DNA from: Paramecium tetraurelia | Lineage: Eukaryota | Length of the DNA: 64,000 nucleotides | Direction: 5' to 3' | Assembly: GCA_000165425.1 (NCBI GenBank) | Contig: CT868047.1 | Location: forward strand, 124,001-188,000 | Shown: one piece after another, positions 56,598-64,000 of the stretch | How the letters are laid out: each line of letters opens with the position of its first letter | Numbering within the stretch: position 1 is the first letter of the stretch | Translations under genes and position numbers: made by a program | Notes under the pieces: generated by a model | Databases searched by the model: none | What the model was told of the DNA's origin: nothing | Seen by the model: only the letters and a program-made list of their open reading frames with translations

Positions 56598-57008
56598 TCA
56601 AGCAAAGTATAATTAAGTTGTTGTAAAACACTAGTCCATATTACCAATTCTTTTGATAGGCACTCTTTATTTATTAAGACTACTGCAAGTATGTTTTGGA
56701 GTATATGATTTATTCGAAGGTGATCGGCTGCTACTGTTATGAAATCCTGTTTGATCTCTTGTTATGCGAAATGAATGTTATGTGGTGACAGTTCTTGGTC
56801 TTGAAGTATTCTCTGTTTCTACTTTGTTGGTGTATATTGATCTCAGAATTTTATTAAGCGCTCTGTTATTCATAACAGCTTAATCGCACAACTCTGTTAA
56901 TTAAATCATATCATTCAATTCTTCTTCTTGTTTCCTTAATTTGTATAAGGTTTTGGCTAAGTTTTGAGTTGAAGATGCATAGATGGGTTTCAATTTATTG
57001 GATTTCAT
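56598..57008 (-). CDS. Small hypothetical protein, 136 aa
   Basis: MKSNKLKPIYASSTQNLAKTLYKLRKQ...; 411 nt open frame. Confidence 0.6.
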
Positions 57009-57178
57009 AATATGGAATTATTATAATGTATAAATGATTTAATCAATTATTTCAATTACTTAAAATAAATGAATCAATGAAATTCTAAGTATAATTTTTA
57101 GTTGTTTAAGACTTTCAAGACCAATGAACAAAAAGAATAAAACATATCATATCCCAAAAGTTATTAATTTATTAGAAA

Positions 57179-58468
57179 TCAAAAGTCCAATTCCTATTTA
57201 CTCTTTAATTATTCCACTTGGTCTGGATCTAACCATTAAGTTCTTTTGCCATCAGCCCAAATACCATATTTTGGTGGTTGATTAGGTAAGTAATAAGCCC
57301 CATAACCTTATTACTTGCCTTCAACCCAATTTCCTATGTATCTCCTTCCGTCTGGCCAGAGGAACTGACCTCTTCCATGTTTCAAATCGTCTTAGTAATT
57401 CTTAAATTATATTAATTGGTTACTCCAATAAATTAACGACCATCACTCCACTTAATTTCTCCAACTCCATTCATCTTATTCTATTTCCAGTTTCCCTTAT
57501 ACACTCTTCCATCCGACCATTCATAAACCCCATAACCATGGATTTCATTATTGGCAAAAAACCCTGTGTATTTGGATCCATCAGCAAAGTACAGTATTCC
57601 ATGGCCTTCTTTTCTGCCTTCTTGATATTCTCCTTCGTACCTAGCTCCATCAGGCCAAGTTTCAATTCCCTTTCCTGATTATTTATCATTGAACCACTTA
57701 TAAATAATATCATAATCATACTTAACCCTCATATCTAGCACCATTAACATGTTAATAAACTCCTACTCCATGAGCTTTATCATCGAGCCATTCTCCTTCA
57801 TAAACATCACCATCTGCATGAATCAATTTTCCTTTTCCACAGCACCTTCCTTCAACCCATTATCCTTCATAAATTGAACCATCCGGCCATATTTGCTTTC
57901 CTTGGCCATCGCGTTTTCCTTTTAACCATTCGCCTTCATAGACTGCTCCTTTGTCAAGTGTTTTTGCGGCTAATTTGATACGAACATCACTCAAGGTATC
58001 ATCTTATTCAGCTTTTTACACTTTTTGATTAAATTCCAAGTTTTTATTTTTTTTTTTTTAAAAAACTGAATTTTTGTTAGGCTTTTCTTGGAGATCATAT
58101 TTGGTGATGGGGCCATCATCTTCAAAATGTTTTAGTTTTGAGTTAGGAGTAGGAGTTTATTTATCAGTTTAATTAGATGCTGATTCTTTTTTTTATTTAT
58201 TTTTCTCATTTTCATTTTGGGACACTTTAGCATTATTTAGAATTTAATCTTCTTTGTTTTTGAGTTTTTTTTTCTCCAATTCTTATTGTTCATGCATGCG
58301 ATCTTCTTCAAATTTATCTCGTTGTTTTTAGATAGAATGATGAGAGAGTTTACCTTTGGAGTCTTCCATATCAGGATTGCCTTCATCCACATTTATCTCA
58401 CTTTTCTAATGAGTTCGTAAACCATATTCCTGGTCTTTGTTGCAACAATTTGTTTAGCAAGTACCCAT
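57179..58468 (-). CDS. MORN-repeat protein, N-terminal MGTCQTNCC
   Basis: Multiple YxGxWxxxxxxGxG repeats, two introns, TGA at 57179. Confidence 0.9.
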
Positions 58469-58484
58469 AAAATTATATATATAA

Positions 58485-58814
58485 TCAATTCAAAATTTTA
58501 ATTGTTTTACTTTTCTGAACATATACGAACTTTTCATCTTTGGAGAGATTACGCCACATGTGTTTGAGTGTTTCTAATCTCTCCTTGAAGCCATATTCAG
58601 GATGTTATTTTTTAACTTCCACAATATGATCAAGTTTGAACAATTTGAAAGCACTCTTGTTTTTTTGGTCTTTGGGAGTGAAATGCAAGGGAGGCAGTTC
58701 TTCAGGATTGAGACTATTTAGATGAAGATTCAATTACATTTGTTGGTTCTCAGCCCATAATTACCAATCCTTCATAGTTTTTTCACAATCTTGAAAGTGT
58801 TTGGTTTAGTTCAT
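58485..58814 (-). CDS. Small HMG-box protein
   Basis: KNKSAFKLFKLDHIVEVKKQHPEYGFKERLETLKHMWRNLSKDEKFVYVQK; one 24-nt intron. Confidence 0.8.
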
Positions 58815-58820
58815 TAATTT

Positions 58821-60773
58821 ATGTAATAGTTATTTTGGAAGAAAATTGAAATTGACAGCAGTATGTGATTAATTCAAATTTATAGAGAAACATGGTCGTC
58901 CACCAAAGTTAGAGGAGTGTGTTAATTTGGTGTATTTGATTGATCAGAATCGATATTTATACTTTGGAGGCAAGAATCCATTCAATATTAAGGATTTGTA
59001 ATAGGAAGGTATGCAATAGAATTTACTTGGTAGAGAAGTAGCCATCTCCTCCAAAAAGTGATGGAATATCATTTAAAATAGGGGCACCAAAGTAGACAAG
59101 AGTGAGTAGTCCATTTAGTAATCAAGAATGCTAAGATTATGTATACATTTTGGACCCAGCGACATATTCTTGGAGTATCAAGAAATGCACAGGTAAACCT
59201 CCTACTAGAAGAACAAGCGCATAAGTTTGGTATGAAGCACCTTTGTTGTATGTGTATGGAGGGATCACATATGAGAATAAAACTGTTAGTGATTTGTACA
59301 TATTGAATACAGAGAAGTTTGTGTGGAAACGATTCTTTTATTTGGAAGGTCCTCCAGGCAGATTGCATTTTGGATTCTCAACTTAAGGAATGAAGAAATA
59401 TTTAATGGGTGGAGCAAGTATGCCAGAAAATTTATTGATGGATGATGTATGGTAATTGTCTGTAAGCAATATTGGTAAATAAATTAGTTTGAAAATGTGG
59501 CATGGGAAACTCAATCACTGGAGTTACCAGGAATTACTTGGGAGAAACTTCCGTTTGATGATATGCCAGCTATCAAGGCACACACTATGATATAAGTATC
59601 AGATAAAGAATTGTTGGTCTATGGAGGATTTAATAAACAAAAATAATGTTAGGATCGTTGTCTTTTATTGGATATCGAGACTTATGATATAAGTTAATTA
59701 GAATTGAAAGGGTAATCACCTGGTTAGAGAGCATTTCATGTAAAATATGATAATATTTTAAGGAACTATTGGTTGTTAAGGAGAACTTGTTGTGTTTGTA
59801 TGGAGGATACAATGTGAATGAGAATTAGTTAAAGAATTCAGATCCTTTGAATGACTTATATCTATTGAATTTGAATGAAGGGTATTGGTCGAAACCCATA
59901 GCTGGTGGCTACATTCCAATTCCTAGATTTGGTTATGTGATGTCATGCAATTAAAATGAAGTACATGGAGAAATCATGTTGTTAGGAGGCAGATTGAATG
60001 ATGGGACTGTTGATTAAAGTATTTATGTTTTGCATGAATTGGACATGGAGGCAAGAGAGGCTTGGGATGAGAAAGATGAGAAGGAGAAGAATAAATATGA
60101 TACATATAGAGAATTAAAGAAGGAGAGTAAAAATGTTACTGTTCCTACCATGACATTAGTATTTGATGAAGCTGAAAAAATCATATTGGAATAGAAAAGA
60201 ACCATTGGTGAAAAGGAAAAGGATTTGAAATAATTGTAATAGAACTCGCATTAACTTGAAGAAAGAGCTGAGAAATTGTAAGAGTAAATCGATATTGGAA
60301 AATTGAAGATGGATTAAGATCTCGAAAATACAAGAATTGAAATCACTGAACTCAATCAGAAAGCCGATCAAAGTCTTTCAACTATCGATAAGATAATGTA
60401 ATTATTGGCTTTTGAAAGGAAAAAAAGAAAATTAGTATACAGAAAAGCTCTGGCTTTGGAAGATCTTTATAGAAAGACTTCCTTATACATATTTGAGATG
60501 GACAAAGTGTTTGTTAAGGGATAGAGTGAGAATCTTTTGGAAACATCAATAAATGAAGACATCCTGAATCTTATTGATTAGAGAAAACAAGAATATAAAA
60601 ACATTCTCATATCTTTTCATAAATCCTTTGAAGAGAGATACAAATAAGAAATGCAAGTAAGACAACAAATCAGAAGCAACAAAGACATTCTGAAATAGTT
60701 CCATAACATCAACGAAGTGTACAAAAAGACTTTGCTCAAAGAAGACAGAGAATACTTAGACAAGAAAATATGA
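58821..60773 (+). CDS. Kelch-repeat protein with C-terminal coiled coil
   Basis: Repeated YFGG/MYGG/LMGG/LLGG motifs with PxxR.H-like motifs; E/K/Q-rich tail. Confidence 0.85.
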
Positions 60774-60796
60774 TTTTTCATAATCTAATTCATATA

Positions 60797-62690
60797 TCAT
60801 TGTTAAGTTCTTATTCCATCTTATATGTTAAGCATAATCCCATTTTCTAGACCAATGCCAAGTAATTTCCTACATCCTATTCTTCATAAACTGCACAACA
60901 TGATGATGCTGATTACTCCACCAATAATTGAGGAGGTTTTGTCTCTGTAAAATCATACAAACCCACTTATTCCACTTATTTCTACTATATTTAATATCAT
61001 AACAATACTACATCAATATATGAAATCACCAAGATAGGCCATGTCTTTATGATCGACAACATGCAAATTTAACCAAACGAAACATCCTTAAATAATAGTA
61101 ACTCTCCTTCTCCTTTTTTATCATAAATCTTTATTTTATCTGCCAAACCCACAAATAATTTGGATTCATTAGTCAATATTTTATTCACTGTCTATTCCAA
61201 TCCTTCCATTTTGGTTAAATCTCCTGTAGTCTAATTCCAAATTTGAATTTAGTTGTTTCCCCCAATAAACAAGCATTTCCAATCGACATGAAATGCAGTT
61301 GCAGGTTCTTGCAACTATATCCTTTTCAACTCCTTCATTGTTTTCAAACACCAAACCTTTGCTATCATTTCTTGTCCTATACTGTATAATTATTCCTCCA
61401 CTGGACTAACCTAAATTGACAGTATTCCAGGCTTATCAATACTATGACTCCTACTCAAGCCTTCTTTAATTTTGATATTCCTTTCTCCTTCTGTTATTAA
61501 TTTAAAGATATTCCCTTTTTTGCTGGCTAGGTAAATATATCCAAGTTATTCATACGTATTGAAATATGCTAAATCTGTAAATTCTGCATCATTCTATATA
61601 GTAACAATCCCTTGAAGATTTTAATCCTTGCTGGAAATATCAAACATAGAAAACTTAGATCCAACTATCCCACAAATGATATATTAATTCATATAGAGCA
61701 TTTTAGTAAAATTTAATCCTCCAAGCATAAGTTGGAATTTCTTCTCTTCAGAAAATATCAGTGTCGTCTCTTTTTCTTATTAAATATCATTTTAAGGAGG
61801 TACTACAGGTTATCTCTAAATAAATACCTATTTAGTGTGGCATGTTGGAAATAAAAGTATTAGTATTTGATAATTTCTATTATTGTGGCATACCATCATC
61901 CATAATCTACATTAAAGATAGAACTTATTATTCATTAAATAAGGGTTAGACCTTATTAAAATGTTAAGTATCATTCTCTGATTCTATGAGATCTTTTGGG
62001 AATATGCTTGAAATACTCTTTTATAGAGTGTCATGCAATTGTTGAAATAATTTGGTAAATTTTCTAGTTGCACTTTAAAATTGCTAAACATCAATTTTCA
62101 TATTAGTAATTGATTCATCTGATAAGGACAATTATTGGGAAGGATCAATTTTCTTGATTGTGAATGAGAACAAGTCAGAATTTGGCATAAAGGATTCAAT
62201 TTGAGAGAGGAGACTGATAAAATTTTTATGAGATGGTTCTGATTCAAATTGCTATAAGATGAAACAGTAATTTAATAGTGAAGAACCAGAATGAGTCATC
62301 TAATGAAGGGACTACTTTGCACTAAATAAATTTGAAATGTACTTACTGTTGAATTGCTTATTTGATTTGATAGAACGTATTATAAAAGAATTTCTGAGAT
62401 TCAATTAGTGTTGCTTCGATTGAATCAAGATGAAGACTCAGTCTAAATGAAGAAGTGATTCAATACTCTAAATTCTATTATTTCAAAGTTTCTAAATTCT
62501 TGGTATCAATTTGATCTTTATACATCTTTATGAATCTGTTTAATGGAATTCTTTTGCAACTCTAATGATCTTATTAGCAATATGAACATAGCAATCGTCG
62601 ATTTTTGCATTCATGATCTATACAAACAATATTCAGAAACTCAGATTCATGTTCTGCTAATTCACAGGATGAATAATTATGGGGTTTCAT
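60797..62690 (-). CDS. Cys/His zinc-finger (B-box-like) plus WD40-like protein
   Basis: CELAEH...VCIDHECKNRRLLCSYC...H at the N-terminus; AKVWC and IQIWN WD-like repeats. Confidence 0.7.
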
Positions 62691-62754
62691 TTTAATTAAT
62701 AATAACTTTAAAGTAATGAAAATAATGAAAATGATAGATTTATATAAATGTTTA

Positions 62755-63771
62755 TCAAGCTTTTGTCTCAATTCTTTTCTTCCTCTATTAATTAGCATAA
62801 TATATATTGTTTTTAAACTTCTGTTTTAGAAAATTGATATCGTTTGCATTAGTATAATTTCGAGCTGAAGAGACCAATTTAATTTCAGGAAGAGGAGGAC
62901 AAACTACTTTTGGAGATATTTGTTTCCTCAAAGGAGAATTACTGTGCAATTGTCCATTCATCTCAGTCAGACTTTGACAAGACATGTAACTTAAGAAAGG
63001 ATTGCTATTTGTCAATTCTTTAGACTATAAAGTTTTCTCTGTTTTTTCATTAACATAACTCTAGATTGAAGCAAAGGGTTTTTTAGATTTTCGAGATATA
63101 TTTAAAACTACTTTAGGTTATTCAGGTTCGATGACCGATTATCTAATCTTCGTTTTTTTCACTTCCTATGATTACAGGAGAACAGGTTCTTCGATTGGTT
63201 ATTGGGATTATTAAAGCATTAATAATTAAATCTCGCTGTTCCTTTGATTATTAATACTGTTCTGATTCCCAATATTACGAAGTGTTGTTTAATGTTTAAT
63301 TAAGATACTCGACATGCGCTTAAAAAGAGTTTTCTTTCTCTCCTTTGTTTTCTGAATCTCAAGCAATAATATTTACTATTGCTAGACACAAGTCTTGGGA
63401 TATAAGCAATTAAGATGCATCTAATAACACAATTATTAAACTTCATTACTTGCTTCTCTGATAATGGTTCAATCCCACTCTTGCGTCGCTGTTATTTCCT
63501 ACTATGGTGAACAACTTTGAGATCGAAGCTTTTACTTACTCTATTTTATTCATTCTCCTGAGTCCGTATTCTTAGGCTTCTTAAGATTCTCATCCGACTG
63601 ATTGGTGACTCACTTTTGGGAATAGAACCAAAGTGACAATGCTAACTGTTACTTGACAGCAGATCGATTACTAAATCATTTAATTTTTGTACTTTTGGTT
63701 GCATAGTTTTTGGAAAGGGTTTTATTTAAGGTTCTCTTGCTTCTACATTGGGTTTATTTTGAAGATTCCAT
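62755..63771 (-). CDS. Hypothetical basic protein
   Basis: MESSKQTQCRSKRTLNK... with introns; ends RIETKA-TGA. Confidence 0.6.
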
Positions 63772-64000
63772 TATCAAATTACTTAAAATTATAAATGTTT
63801 GAATTAAGCAATCATTATATTGCTATAAGTTATTGATTCCATCTATTATTATTAGTTGATATATATAATAATTGAATCTTCTCTATTAGTAAGAATTATA
63901 TGTAGAATTCATGAGTTGTTAAACACAGAGATTTTGGTTGAAATCCCACTCTGAAAAAGACACAATATCTGCATTTCAAATGGTTAGGATAATTAGCTTA

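Overview
AT-rich, gene-dense eukaryotic DNA from a ciliate. The pattern (TAA/TAG read as Gln, TGA the only stop, ~20-35 nt GT-AG introns, very short intergenic spacers) fits a Paramecium macronuclear-type scaffold. The supplied ORF track uses the standard code, so most of its entries are fragments or antisense noise; I re-translated by hand with the ciliate code. About 35 genes are visible. Recognisable products are: arginine kinase, truncated haemoglobin, profilin, SERP1/RAMP4, a PIERCE/DUF4490 protein, a RABL3-like GTPase, a FAN-like BEACH protein, three MORN proteins, two Ser/Thr kinases, a tesmin/CXC protein, a DHHC palmitoyltransferase, a DEAD-box helicase, an HMG-box protein, Kelch and WD40 proteins, and a divergent CNBD channel. 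The most unusual part is 9.2-19.5 kb. There, a PARP-like ADP-ribosyltransferase gene with a CaaX-like tail sits between a 5'-truncated EML-like WD40 gene and a decayed PH-Sec6-PH pseudogene. A ~1.3 kb piece of that region occurs twice, and the only difference I found between the copies is a precise TA-bounded 111-bp segment resembling an IES (present in one copy, excised in the other). Other notable items are a PPAT-HD phosphohydrolase fusion and two head-to-head gene pairs whose start codons are only 6-7 nt apart. All family assignments come from motif recognition by eye, not database searches.
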